In this document: positions 38,401 through 52,015 of the stretch, in pieces
How the letters are laid out: each line of letters begins with the position of its first letter
Numbering within the stretch: position 1 is the stretch's first letter
Source of the DNA: Negaprion brevirostris
Lineage: Eukaryota
DNA length: 64,000 nt
Direction: 5' to 3'
Assembly (NCBI GenBank): GCA_030324005.1
Contig: JARDVH010000167.1
Location: 12,350,824-12,414,823, forward strand
The notes under the pieces: generated by a model
The model's input: only the letters and a program-made list of their open reading frames with translations
Databases searched by the model: none
Told to the model about the DNA's origin: nothing
Program-made: the position numbers and the translations under genes

Positions 38401-41400
38401 TGATGTCAGTTGTTACCTATGAACGAGATAAGCAAAACTATATTCAACCTACTTCAAAGCTCCATTTTGTGTATCACATCTCGCCCCCATCCCTCCAGCT
38501 GCTGTAAATCCTACCCACATTGAGAATGAGACACCAGGACTGCTGTGAGCCATTGACTTGAAGGTGCACTTGAGTAATAGAATTATGTTTCTTTTCATAT
38601 GATTGAGTGTCTCATGTCACACAAGAGCTCTCTCTCAAATGCCCAGCTGAGGTTAGAAACTCAATACATGAAGAATTAGAAATGCAGACTGTTAAAGTGC
38701 TGCTTTTTTTCAGTCATTCCTTTTCTGTTGTCATTTTTAGAAGTTTCCATTTTAATGTTGCTGATATTCAACTTTCTCCAAGGATAGGAAAACGAGATTT
38801 CCTTTCGCTTGACCAAATCAAAGCTTTCTCTTTGACCTCTTCCCAACTGTACACCCTTTGAGGATTAGAATGATTGGCCATGCAAAATTTCCATGAGCAG
38901 GGTTAAGGGGCTAGGGCCTGGGTGGGATTGTTGTTGATGCAGGTTCAGTGGGCCAAATGGCTCCTTCTGTACTGTAGGGATTCTGTGAGCCAGGGAGAGC
39001 AGGACCTGCATGTAAGGTCATCACAGTGTGTCATTGTCTGTCATGGGTATCCTGGCATACAAGTGCTGCTCAGAGTGATGTGATCTCAGTTTTCCCTTTG
39101 ATGCCAGGCTGGGGCATGAAAGCACAGCACTAAATTCAGAACTAAATTGTGGGACAATGGCATTGTTACTTTTTGACAAGTTCATTTCAAAATGTTTGTT
39201 TTTGTCAAACTTCTTTCCATTCCTTAGTTTGAATATTGCTTCATTAAAAGGGTCAGTTGGTGGGGAAGCCATCTATCAATGAAGTGTGCAAGTTTCCCAG
39301 GTGCCAAATCTGATATTGCAGATTTGGTGTGGAAGATTGAAGCTGTCTATTGGTACTTCTGAATTAGATCTTGAAGTAGAAGCACGTCTATTCAAATCAT
39401 CTTTTGGGATTGGATTTTATCCCAAGTTTGTCTATGGAATCTCAGTTGAGCATATTTAGTGACCTTAAGTATTAATTCTTTAGATTATGCTTTGAAGTTG
39501 CAGTGCTGAGTCTGGAGGATGAATGTTTTGATGGGCATTGGGAGAGGTGAGCAGAAATGAAAAGCTCAGCTGGCTTGGCAGAGCCCAGTGAATTATGCAC
39601 CTTCTCTGTCTGAAACAAATGTGGTCAAGACTGCCATGCCAAAGTAGGGCTTCTCAGCCACACCAGTCAATGCTTAACAAAGCTGACTGCCTGATGCAAA
39701 CTATTATTTTAGGAGATGGAAGGCTGTCACTAGCTAACTCAATGTGGACACAACCAAAAAAAAAACTCAACCTTGTGTTTCAAGCAAAAAGCATCTCAAT
39801 GATATTTTGGATATGAAACATTTTGAAGCAAAGATGGGGTTAGAGATTTTGTGTGTAGAGCTTAGGACAACTTGCTTCTTTCCCTTTTAAGAGCTGTTTG
39901 TGGCTGCCAACACCCTCAGTTATCAGTGCTGATTGGGGAGTCAATTGTTGGGCCGTACCTCAAAAACTTGAAGGACTGGTTGGGATGATCGTGATGCTGT
40001 AGCCTANNNNNNNNNNAATTTAGTCACAACATAGCCCCCAGACAGACAAAGATGGGTCAGCCAATGATAGATAAGTGAATAACTCTGGACCTTGACTTAT
40101 TGTTTAGAGTGAAAACAAAGAATAGTGTCAATCTCAAAAAAAAAATCATCCATTGCTTTTAGATGATAAAGTTATGTTTACATACCAATGTAAACTGCAA
40201 ACTCATCCCTTGTGTAATGAAACATTGAAGGAGTTAGTCGGGTCAAGGTGTTAACAGCTTTGAAATACTGAAACTTGGTCTATTTGAAAAAAGTTGTGTC
40301 AGGTCACCTATAGCTTTCAAACTCCTCCTTTTGTTTTTCTACTTTTATTTGAACTGCAAATGGGTAGAATGTTCAAAGACCAAATTAATGCAATCTGAAG
40401 TACTGTCACTGGATGCAAAAGAGAAAATGATGGGTTCTATTCTCCAATGCTGCCACGTATCTTGGCAAGCAGAGGCAAAACAAATGGATCAATAAACATG
40501 TTTCGGAAACTTCAGAAATAAGATCGAAAATGTGTTGTATAATCCTGTTTTTTTAAATTGCGCTTTAGGAACGAAGAAAGGTAGTGTGGGCCAGCCTGGC
40601 GCTCATGCAGGAGGTCAGGGCCCATGAGACCTCAACCTTGCCTGATTCTTCAAACTGCCCATCTCAATTGGGAGAGTTCTGCCACCTTATCCTACGGGTA
40701 CCAAATCAAGTGTTCCACAGGTGGTGGGCGAAGGAAGGTTGGCCAAGGTCGGACAAGAGGACAAATGAGCTGTCCTTGCTGTTTTCTTTGATTCACTTTG
40801 GAAAAGGATTAGCTGTGACTATTAGATGGATCTGTGAGGCACCAGCTTCCTCCCTAGGCAAGCTGGTTCAGCAAAAGAGGCAAACATCAAACAAGAAATA
40901 GAAGAGAAAATGTTAAGATTAAAAAGAAAATTATCTAAATTAAGAAAAAAATTGCCCCATTGAGTTTTTTTTTGAGTTTGGTTGTAAGGTGGTTGGGTGA
41001 AGTGGTGGGGGAAAAGAGGTTTACAAAATTACCATCAGTGATGTCTCACATAAAATGCATGATCGAAAATATCTCAACCAATGTCATAATTTATACCAAA
41101 GTGTATGCATGTTCACAACTCTTCCTTTGAGCATTCTACCTGAGTATGGAATGAGCCCTTTCACCAGTGCAGGCATGCTGTTAATGGCTCCTGTGTGGAG
41201 TTGTCTCAGAATTTGAATTCACAATGAAAGATTTCTCTTTCTGTGAAACAATTAGATTTGGTTTTCTGCTATGAAGCATTGTGCAGGGAATTTATTCAAA
41301 TTGAAATGTTATCAAAAAAGAGCACTTGAGTTTAAAATTAACCTTTCAACACGTTTCAATAAAAGATTGATTTTAAATCCACTGGGCTGATGAAAGGGTG

Positions 41401-42719
41401 GTAAAAGCTATCTTTAGTTCCATTCTTTGATTAATTGTAATTTATGCTACAAAGCTGCAGCATCCCTTTTGTTGTTAACACTGAATCATTTAAAGAATGA
41501 TGTTCTAAAATCTTCATTTGCCATCCTAGTCACGACATGAATCCTGGTCACACTGTCAGAGATCCGGGTGAAAATCTGATTCATTGGATTGGATAATGAC
41601 GTGCTACTCAGTGATCAGTATAATTAGCACAGACCAGTGCTGCATTCAGTCTAATCCAGGTCCTTCTCCCAGGGAAGCCTACAGATAACCTATAGGAGGA
41701 TCCAGCTGCCTCTGGGAAGACTTTTCCCTCGACTACAATGCTTGAAATGAACAAGATTTGTTATCCATTTAACAGATAGAAGCATTGATAGGGAATAACA
41801 AACAAATAGACGCGACCAAGCAACTGGGTTGACATACAAGTCTCAGTCATAGGACTGAGGAGCAGGAGTAGGCCATTTGGTCCTTCAGATTTGCTCTTTC
41901 CATTTGTCACAACTGTTTTTTTGGCCACTCTTCTTTCCCCAATTCTCATCCCATTGTTGCATATGTTTTCTCTATCAGGTTCCCCACCTCAAACCTGATT
42001 TGTCTCTTTTTTCAGTCTTGGTCACTGCCCTCACCTGTCAGAAAGGACAATGGTAGAGCTTAAACTGTGAATTTCTTCACTAGCTGGCCTTTCAACAATG
42101 GCAACCAAGACAAAATCACTTTGCAGAATGGAATAATTCTGCTTTACTGCCATACATTTCTTCACTCCCGGTCTCTCCCTTTTGACTAGTTGATTTCAAC
42201 ATTTCATCTTAATGACTAAATGAACTGGAACAAAGAATGAAAGTCCAAGATGAAAGACAGTCAAAAACCTCAACCTTCTTTAAACACGCAACACACTTTC
42301 TCCAGTGACTAAACAGATTGGAGATGCAAGATCTGTAAATAAGGTGCCTGACCTCCATTCCATTACTCCATCACAATAAAGCTGATCCAGAGTAAGCTGA
42401 TACTGGAAAGCTTTCCTATTTGGCTTGGGTCCATTGGAATTATGTTATATTTTTATGTCTTTGAAGTGCAGCCTGAGCCTCTGAGAAAGGGATACTGCAG
42501 CTCAGCACTTGTGTCTTTAAGTCATATGATTTGCACTTTTTTCAGGATTTCAAGGCATTTTGTTTTCTTGATGGTGTCCTTTTAAAAACATTGACCCTGA
42601 GAATTAGTCTTCAGGTTGTGTACCTGATCTGGACCTGGTGTTAGGAAATGTGCCACATGTGCAACAAGTCACAATTTCTTGTTCTTTTTTTTCTTTTTCT
42701 TGTGTTGGTCTCTATTCAG

Positions 42720-42752
42720 AAAAGGAAGTCAAGTTCCAGTGTTCAATTAATG
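42720..42752 (+). CDS. CAMK2B: CAMK2B cassette exon, 33 nt, nuclear localisation signal: KRKSSSSVQLM
   Basis: Long T-rich tract, tattcag acceptor, ATG|gtgagg donor, phase 0-0; same peptide as the CaMKII alphaB NLS insert, at the homologous position. Confidence 0.92.
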
Positions 42753-43399
42753 GTGAGGACCCTTTTGAAATTTCAATTCACTTCACATTAATCTCACTTA
42801 TTCTTTTTCCCCTCTCTTCTCTGCCAGGAGGTGACAGTCATCTGTTTGTGTTTACAGCTTTTCATTACTTAAATCCCCATCAGAATAGAAAGTACTGAAG
42901 TATGTGCATGTTGACAACGGTTAGAGATCTGTCTTCGTAAATAGCATTAAACTGATCTAATGCTTCCTTTCTTTTTCTCTTTCTCTTGCAACTTTCTCCA
43001 TTTGCTTTTCCTTGTAAGATTCAGTAATGTAATTTTGGATCACTGTAGCACTTAACATTGTAGCAGAATTAAAACCTCGTCAGTTAGATAATTCAACCAA
43101 TTGCAAGTAACCAAAGCAGCAGTCAAGTGATTAGATAGGATTCTCTCCCTTTTTAACCTTTTGTGTTTATATATTAGCATTTGATTTCACTTACGGATCT
43201 CTGTTACTGTGAACAAATGGGCAATAACTAAAGCAGAAAAGAACTTTCAAAACCATTCTTGAATTTAGCTGAGGATTATCTCACAAGATTGTAGTTCAGT
43301 CATCTACCATAGCGCCACAATCCAGCTTTGTACAAATGTCAGAAATGCAGTTCTAAATTTGCTAAATGTTAATTAGAAATGTCCCTCACCATCAGATCA

Positions 43400-43640
43400 A
43401 AAAGAAAGACTTATGTTCAGAGAACGCTTTTCAAAACCTCAGGATGCTCCAAAACACTTAACAGCCAATGAACGACTTTTGAAGTATCGTATTGTTGTAA
43501 TGTAAGGAAACAGAGCAGCCAATTAGTGTGCAGCAAGCTCCCACAAATAGCAATGTGCTAGTTAATGGAGAATTTCTCCACTGTTGTTCTTCAAAATAAT
43601 GTGGTAACATCTTTTATGCATAACTTTGGGAAGCCCAGCC
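43400..43640 (-). mobile_element. SacSINE1/DeuSINE-like SINE, 3' part
   Basis: Reverse complement similar to 14480-14620. Confidence 0.65.
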
Positions 43641-45059
43641 TCAGTTTAATAGCTGATGCAGAATGATGAAAATCATGAGCAATCATCATCCCTCACCTCA
43701 GTCAGAGCATTGAGGTTTTGACATGGAGACCACACACCAAAATGCCATCTGTTTGTAGTCTCTGTTCTGGCCTTTGCATTTCAAATACCTTGCTGCATTG
43801 CTTTCTAAGAGTAATCCTTGACACCAAACACCAATCATTACAGCAGTCAGGCTGAATCCTGGTGCTGGCCTCTCTTGAACAGTACCACAAGACTCCTCAA
43901 TATCCACCAGAGCAGGCAGTGAAGAGCAACGTTCTTGCTGTCGCCTCCGTTAATCTGGGGATGGGGGTGGTGGTGGTGGTGGGTGCGTTGTTGAGCCAAG
44001 TACCCAAGATGGGAAGATGAAAGGCCAAAATGGGATTTTATTGAGCAGATGACATTTCTTTCAGTGTTGACTGGTGGACTGGGAAGCAACATAGATCAAC
44101 AAGCACAGAGTGAATGGATGAATGGAACTCATTAAGATTTGATAGTAAATGAGCAATACTTCCTTTGCTGTGCATCAAGAATTACAGTGTCAATGCTGTG
44201 ACATCTGCAAATTGAAACTTCAGGGGCATGTTAAGTTGAATATTCGAGCAAAGAAAAAAATGGCACCTTCTGTCTCTATGGCTGCAGCGTTGAAAACAGT
44301 TTTTGAAACCAGTGGTACAAGTTTTGAGAACTTGATTGGTAATCGTTGAGTGATTCCAAAGCTAATATTTGGTATTTGTGGAAATATTTTGGAATGTCTG
44401 AAGGTTTTTTTTTCTGGAAATGGAAACCTGAAATCCCAGAGAAGATACTACAGCAGCTTGGTGAATGCCTTAAGCGAAAGAAGAGGATAGGTTCAAGTTG
44501 AACCCTTGAAATATGAACCATTCTTCTTCCTTTGCTTACCAACTGACCCTACCATCACTCTTAAGCATTTTCAATTAATTTCACCAGCAGAAAATAAAAA
44601 GGTTCTGTAGCAAGACTCACACACAACTGATGAATGAATACAGATGATGATTGTGTGTTTGTAACATTGGAAAATGAGCTGAAGCTTGTATTTTCAGGCA
44701 GGAGCTTTGTGGTAATTTTGTACACTAAGGTTTAAAGAAATAATTAATTGCAGTTGTGTGGTCAGGAAAATCGAGTTCATCCCTCTTGTCACAAACTGAC
44801 TATGTTCTCAGCACCTCATCAAGTAAATAGATTATCTTTGGTATGCAGCATTCAGCTGCAAATGCAATTAGGTTGTACGGATCTATTTTTGACACGAGTT
44901 TTGAGTCAGACTCAGACCTTCCATTTCTTAAGTTATGAATTCATCTCTTTATAAAGATCCAAGTAAAATACCAAAAGCTGATACTGACCTAACTGGCTTG
45001 TTCAGATGTGGATTAAATTTGGAAATATCTGCATCCAATGTACCAAACACTCTTAGAGT

Positions 45060-45338
45060 TTACTTTTTAGTGTCACAAGTAGGCTTACATTAACACTGCA
45101 ATGAAGTTACTGTGAAAATCCCCAAGTCGCCACACTCCAACACCTGTTTGTGTACATTGACGGAGAATTTTAGCATGCCAGTGCACCTAACCAGCACTTT
45201 TTCAGACAGTGGGATGAGACATGAGCACCCTGGACGTAACCCACACAAACAAGCAGACAGACAGTGACCCAAGCCAGGAATCGAGTCTGGGTCCCTGACA
45301 CTGTGAGGCACCAGTGCTAACCATTGTGCCACCATGCC
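45060..45338 (-). mobile_element. tRNA-derived SINE
   Basis: Minus strand GGTGGCACAATGGTTAGC head; same tail as the 8420-8517 and 12008 copies. Confidence 0.85.
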
Positions 45339-46616
45339 ATCTCTCCTGACCTGTTTGTAAAATCTTCGTGTGCATTCCTACTGTACTTAACCCAGAAGTC
45401 TCCTTTCAATTTGATGTGCTATGGTAGTGATGGCAGCCACAAAGACAGCTGGAGGGCTTGACTGTTGTGCAGTCATCGGAGTAATGATGGACCAGTCAGG
45501 CCTCGTAAATCAAATAGTAAATGCTTAGTTTATACAAGAATCTACAAATTGATATAACTTCTACTTTGGATGGAAAAGGTCACTGGCCTATTAGGTTTTA
45601 AAATATGAAGTCCAAAATAAACGACAAAGCCTCAGCCCAGCTGAAACAGCAGAAAGATCTACAGTCAGAACATTTGTAGTTGGATCAGGAAAGAATTATG
45701 AATGAAACTTTTTAACTATGTTAATTATTTACCCTCATTATTTTGAGTGAAAATTGAAAACACTAGTCCTCTGCCAGGAAGTTTGAAAGAAGTTTCTTTT
45801 CTCCATTTTAGGGAAAAACAATGAAAGCAACAATTTAAAAAAACTAATTATTTAATTTTTGGTGGGTGATAGTAGATGATCCCATTTCTTGGTTTTGGTT
45901 CTGATGCTACATACCGAGGTGTCAGTTGAGCAAAATAGCACTACTCCCGTGGGTATGGAAATGGGAGAACATTTTAATAATGTTACACCATCAAATAAAT
46001 TAGACTGTGCAGCTTGTTAAACCACCATTATTCATTCAGACTCAATCTATAGGGTTGACAACAGTGACTGGTCTAATTTGGTTAACGAGGGATTGAAAAA
46101 CAGCGTTGGAAATGGTGTGTCACTGACTTTGGTGTTTGTAATTCTTGCTTCTGCTTTTCCAGAGAAATTGAACTGTCTGCTGTGTTAATGGATCTCTGTG
46201 CAGTCTGCAGTGCAGAAATACAGCTTTCACAGTGTGTGGTAGAAAAAGTTCCAGAACAGCCGTCTTATAATTTTCGGACTCAGAGACTTCTGATAAAACT
46301 GCACAAAGATAAAGCAATTTTAATCTGGCTGTTTAGAATAATATATTGACTTTAAAAAAAATTTCCCTTGTGATCAAAATGATGTTCCCTCTTCTTTGAG
46401 GCTCGCATTTAGGAGCCAGTTCACACAGTAACAAAATGAGCCTGATCCCATCAACTCGCAGTGGACAAGCCACTGTTTGCAGCTGGATCTGAATCGGCTC
46501 TGCACCTCAGACAGTTCAATATCTGCCGGCTCAGCTTGATCTACTGTCCCAGGCGGGGCTAGGAGGTGAAAAGTGGACATGAAATAAACCTAAACCCTCT
46601 GTTGTTTTCTGCACAG

Positions 46617-46685
46617 CCTCAGACAAACAGCACCAAAAACAACGTAGTAACCAGTCCCAAAGGAAACATTCCCTGCCCTGCACTG
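46617..46685 (+). CDS. CAMK2B: CAMK2B cassette exon, 69 nt: [23 protein letters not shown]
   Basis: ttttctgcacag acceptor, CTG|gtattg donor, phase 0-0; homologous to mammalian [24 protein letters not shown]. Confidence 0.93.
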
Positions 46686-49600
46686 GTATTGGCTCTCTTC
46701 TTCTTATACCATCTTCTTCCAGAGGCATTGGTGAAGCATGGCTAGATCGTTAGTTAACCTTGTTTCAAGACCAAACTTGGAAATAGTTTTAGGGGCATGA
46801 TGGCCTTCATACAAGTTAATTCAAAGAGCTTTTCCTGTTGAGTCTCCTTCAAGTAGCCTTAAGTTTTTTTTAAATCCTCTGAGTTGCCGAAGGGAAAACA
46901 CTTCCTTTAGTTTTGAAAATACTAGATTCCAAGGCAAAGTTTCCATTTAATTAATAGCTTGGCTGACAGAAACTTGAACTGTTTGTGCATTGAGTTCCAA
47001 ATAAGTTTGGTGGTCTTTATTTCCTGTTAGATAACTTAAAATAAATGGTGCTAATTTAATTTGAGTTAGTTAATTAGTGTTTATATGGATTTGGCACCTC
47101 CATTACAGGGGCCTGAAGAAAGCCATGTTTCATTAGTACCTCCTGTATTAGTTGGCTTGTTTTTATCTTGTAATGGCTTTTCCTTTTGCAAATGACTGTG
47201 ATGTGATTTAGCAGTATGTAACGGGAGTGTCAGTAGGAAGGGACGCTCAGTACAATTCTCATCAGAAATGAATGTTTTTGTTCAAATTTTTGAAAATATT
47301 TTGGTTACACTTCCTGATTGATTTCTTGAAGAGGGGGAAAGATCCATGAAATTCCAGCTAATTGTTTTTCTGTGCAAGTTTTTATGGTTGGTTATGATGC
47401 AGAGGGACCAGAGTTAAATGTGGCTTTGAGTGGAAAGAGCCACAGTCAGCACAAAAAGAAAGCAAACTGAGTTGACACCATAAAAATACAGTGTTCATGC
47501 ACAAAACATGGAGTGCAGAGGGAATATTTTGCCTTGAGATGTTCAAAGCCTGCTGACACCCCGAAATTTACATTGGCAGGGTTTTTACTTGGCTACTGTT
47601 CAGTATATTTTGATGCTTTGGTCCCTCAAAGGGTTTCTTTCCAGCGTTTGGCACAGTGTCACATTTTGAACTGTTCACTAATTTTATTTGGAACCTGACA
47701 TCGAGACTTGGTCTAAATGTTTAGAATCTCAGGGTCTATTTAACATCAGCACAGTCCCGCATTGATCAGATGTCTTGTTTTGTTAATAAATATGCTTTGG
47801 TAATCAACACTGACTGGACAATATAAGAACCTTATCAGCTATATACTGTAAATGCTAACTGTATTAGAGGATATGATGCTGGCCTAAAAACCTTGAGAAT
47901 GGGAGTTCAAATTGCAGTGTGAGAATTTGAATTCTGTAAAAAGCCAATGCAAAAATAAGAAGTGACCGTGAAGTTGCCACATTGTTGCAAGAACCTGACT
48001 GGTTCCCTCATGCCCTTTAGTGAAATGTGCTGAACGGATCTTGTCCAATGTGACTGCAATCTGACATGTTTGAGTTTGACTCTCAGCTGCTCTTTTGAGT
48101 GGCCTGGCAAGTCTCTTAGTTCCATCACACCACGAGGTCATTGTGCTTGTCCATGTATGCCTCAAGGGATATTTATTATGTTCGAAAAATTGGTTGGTTT
48201 CCCTGATCCGCCAAATTTTGACAGGTTGCTTCAGCTCTTGCATTTATTGGAACTGGTGAGCTCAGCAACACTCACTAACGCAGTGCTCAATGGCTGTTCT
48301 CTGTTGCCTCTTCCATTTAAGATTCCCCTCTTCCACAATCCAGGAGAAAAATACCTGTTCATTCCAACTGCCTCTCCCCTGTTCCCAAGCACTGCTGAAG
48401 AATTCTGTGTTCGTTTTTATCCCGCTTCCTGTCTTCTCATCCTGACCAACACGGTCCATGTGGCATTGAATGTCAGGACATTTATAGTTAAAAAAAAATG
48501 TTTGGGTTTTCATTGTCATTGATGTTCATGGCAGAAATGGAGAACAGCCAGCTATTTTTTAACTGTTTAATATGATGTGTTAATTTTCAGTTGAAATATT
48601 AAAATATCAGCTTGATCCAGAAGTTTGAATCTCTCAGTGTGCAATATGGCCAAGTACACATTTCCACTCCCTCCATATCCCATGCCCTCGTTTAGCTCTC
48701 CTGATTGGGAGCCACTGACATGATCTGTGCCATGATTGTTCAATCGTTTTGGAAAAACGTCTATGTGAGTATTCTCCTGTACAGCATTTGGCCTTTAAAC
48801 ACCCTTGTGGACTTGTTGATGCAATGTAATCTAGTTTGTTCCACTTCAAATTGATATGTACGTCTCTCTGGAGTGCCTCACTTTTGTGGGATTCTTATAT
48901 TGCGAGACTTGTTATCCCTGTTTCTACTTGCCCAGCTGATCTATTTCCACCCTCTTCTTCCCCTGATTTAATAGAGCAGAAAGTTTACTACCCACTTGGT
49001 GCTCGGGATTATGAGAGGGAGTGGCTAATTGGAAGCTCCAATCTGAAACCAGACACATCAACCCCTAGTGCTGAATTAAACTGGATCCCTCTTCCAGTCA
49101 TTGAATTCTTCATGCCATGTCTGTGCTCGTGGTTGAAGATGAAGTTAATCAGCTGTTGAAAACAATTGCTGACCTAATTTCTACCTTAACTTTGCAAGAA
49201 ATTTTGGTATATTCAAGTCCAGTTCATTACATGTTAGGTGATAGGTTACTTTTTCTTTCACCAACGTTATCTTTACAATTTAGCAGTTGGATGGTAAATT
49301 GGGAGGCATTGGTGGTGGTGTGTCAGTCCCCACTGAATGCAGCAGTCAACCAAAGCTATCAGAATGTCAAAATCAGGCTACCATTTGGCCCCAACTGTAG
49401 GAATGCTGAGTTCTCATTCTGCAATTTTACAAAGGGCCAATTTAGCAGTGGAACAGTCACCCCATTCAAATCATGATTTACAATCCTTTCATCTTTTATC
49501 CATTTCTAGCCATTCAAGACTGTTTATTTTGGTAAAACTCTGCAGGAGAAAAGCGTCAAGTTTTTTTTCCCCCTTCTCTTATTTTTTCTTCTTTTCCTTG

Positions 49601-49690
49601 ATCGTTTCTGCCTCTCTGTTTTTAGTTTGGTTTATAACTCTTTTCTCCGCACTAAAATTTCCTTTTCTATATCTGCTTTCATCTCTTTAG

Positions 49691-49735
49691 GAGCCACAAA
49701 CTACTGTCATCCATAATCCTGTGGATGGGATAAAG
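49691..49735 (+). CDS. CAMK2B: CAMK2B cassette exon, 45 nt: EPQTTVIHNPVDGIK
   Basis: ctctttag acceptor, AAG|gtacca donor, phase 0-0; same peptide as the mammalian beta segment. Confidence 0.95.
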
Positions 49736-50456
49736 GTACCATCTGTCTGTGCTGTAGTCTTTCCCAAATTTGAAATCTTCCTTTGTCACGTTCTGTCATA
49801 GAAAATGTGTCCCTGTTATTAAGTAAGAGTTAAAAGATTCCGGTTACTGTTTTTGAGTAAGACAGGATTGAGGGTCTTCTGCTTGGAACTGGGCAGACAC
49901 TTACTGTAAATAAGGGGAACTGAAGACTGGGTTGGGTCCCTTCATCAGTCCTTTCATACATTCTTGGTTTGGTTCTCTGAACACTATTGATTAGAGGTTC
50001 AAGTTTTTGTCACCCTTGAAGGCAGTTGACCAACAGATGTTATGGCATATTTAGTCAGCGTTCACACCTCCACCTGTGGTTGGAAGTGCAACAGATAAGC
50101 TAATCAGAAGGCTTTGGTTTGCAACCAAATATATTATCATTTTAATCAAAAAAACTGAAGTCCATTTCAGGATTGGATTGAAATGTAGTACTGTTTTGAG
50201 ATGCTCAAGTTGTCCCATTTTGATGTAATTGTAAAAGAAGTAACAACCTTTTCTCTTGGATTTAAATTGTGGAATGAAGTTCCCCATTTACTTCATACCC
50301 AACACAGAACATAATTTTCCCACCCAGTCAGCAGACATTTTTAAAAAATCTCATTGTTTCAGTTTATGATCTGTAACGTAGACATAAAGGAGTGATTTAA
50401 ATTCCCCAAAGATACTCCAAAGACTGGTTTAATCAAGACTTGGTGATAAAGTGAAG

Positions 50457-50738
50457 ACGGTGGCGCAGTGGTTAGCACTGCAATCTCACGGCGCCAAGGA
50501 CCCAGGTTCAATTCCAGCCTTGGGTCACTCTCTGTACGTTTTCCCCATCTCTTCGTGGGTTTCTTCCCACCGTCTGAAAGGCGAATGGGTTAGGTTGATT
50601 GGCTATGCTAAATTGACCCTAGTGTCAGAAGGATTAGCAGGGTAAATGAGGGTTACGGGAATAGGGCCTGGGTGGGATTGTGGTCAGTACAGACTCAGTG
50701 GGCTGAATGGCCTCCTTCTGTACTGCAAGGATTCTATG
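50457..50738 (+). mobile_element. HE1-like SINE
   Basis: TGGCGCAGTGG A box, GGTTCAATTCC B box, gattctatg tail. Confidence 0.85.
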
Positions 50739-51966
50739 TTGGTACAGACCATGAAATAACATCTGTGTGGCTACAATCATGAGCCCTGCTTCACACATCT
50801 CATTGGATCCAAGTTGTGGCACACTAACTTCCCTCAACCATGTAATGTCAGAATTTGAGCGGTAATTTGTGAAACAGTATGTTATCATGACCCTTCCAAT
50901 TCTTCACCAGATGCATTTGCTAAAAGAATCAAACTGCAGCTCCATCTTTTGGAAAACACATTTGTATTTCCAACAGACAGCAAAAAGCTGCACTTTACAT
51001 TTTTCAGCATCGTATTGCCTGGCAGATCAGTGGGAGCTTTTGTTCTTGCTGATTGGATGAGCCGACCAGTTAGAAATGATTGAACAAGCATGGTTATTAA
51101 AACAATCCATTAATGTGTCTACTTACTGAGTTTTTACTTCTGAAATAATCGTGAATGTATTGGGTCTTGAGTTGCAGGTACATTAACCCCAAAACATCCA
51201 GAGAGTTAAAGCTATGATAGATGGGAGTGGTCACATCAAGCAGATGTGGAAAGGGTTAGAAATTAATTTTGCCTGTATTGCAGAGGAATCCCTAATTAAC
51301 CAAAATGTTAGTTTCAATACATCACTCAAATCAAGTAGCTTATGACATCAACAACTCAGCATCATCTCTTCTTGCAATCTTTCAGCAAAGAATGTGCAGC
51401 ATATTCTTCAGGCTGTAAAAGATATGATTCTTTGAACAGGAACTTAAAATGACTGGCCAGCATTCACTGTGGCTCAAATTATCAGAACTTTGTCTGAACA
51501 GTGCAGCCGTTTTAAGCATTTGAACAGTGGGGCCTTTAAAGTTCATAGGGCTTGAACTTGTTTTTAAAAATGACTGCCGGACATCAGATGGCTCGCAAAC
51601 TCAATATGCATTTGATCCTGCTGTCCTCCTTGCTCTCAAGTCAAATTACTTAGAACAGCAAGCTACTGTTGAATATGTTTCCACCAGATTAAACTGATCT
51701 TTTTTAAAAACCCACCAAATTAAAACTATAATAATATAAAAATAAGTAGGATATTTGTGTAAACAAAAAGTTGCATGGTTCAAAATTATAAAAAGTAGTT
51801 CCTTTATTCTTCTCTGCTTTATCATCATGCTTTCTCCTGCTCTGTTTCGCTCAAGCTTTTGTAGAAAGGCTTTTGTTTTTCTACCAGTATCTGTACTGTT
51901 AATTCAGTGTTGAGGTGGTGAATGCATGGAGTATTTCAAGTAAGATTGTTTCTGTTTTATTTGCAG

Positions 51967-52015
51967 GAGTCTTCAGATAGCAGTAACACGACTATTGAAG
52001 ACGAAGATGTTAAAG
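51967..52015 (+). CDS. CAMK2B: CAMK2B constitutive linker exon, 49 nt: ESSDSSNTTIEDEDVK
   Basis: ttatttgcag acceptor, G|gtgagc donor, phase 0 to 1. Confidence 0.96.

Noticed and set aside
49337-49690. 117-aa ORF with a transmembrane-like C-terminus and an RRKASS resembling the NLS
   Set aside because: The hydrophobicity comes from the polypyrimidine tract, the acceptor TAG is its stop, and no donor follows RRKASS.
50457-50525. tRNA-like A/B boxes (also near 2941, 2430-2488, 45280-45338)
   Set aside because: These are SINE heads followed by SINE core and tail, not complete tRNA genes.
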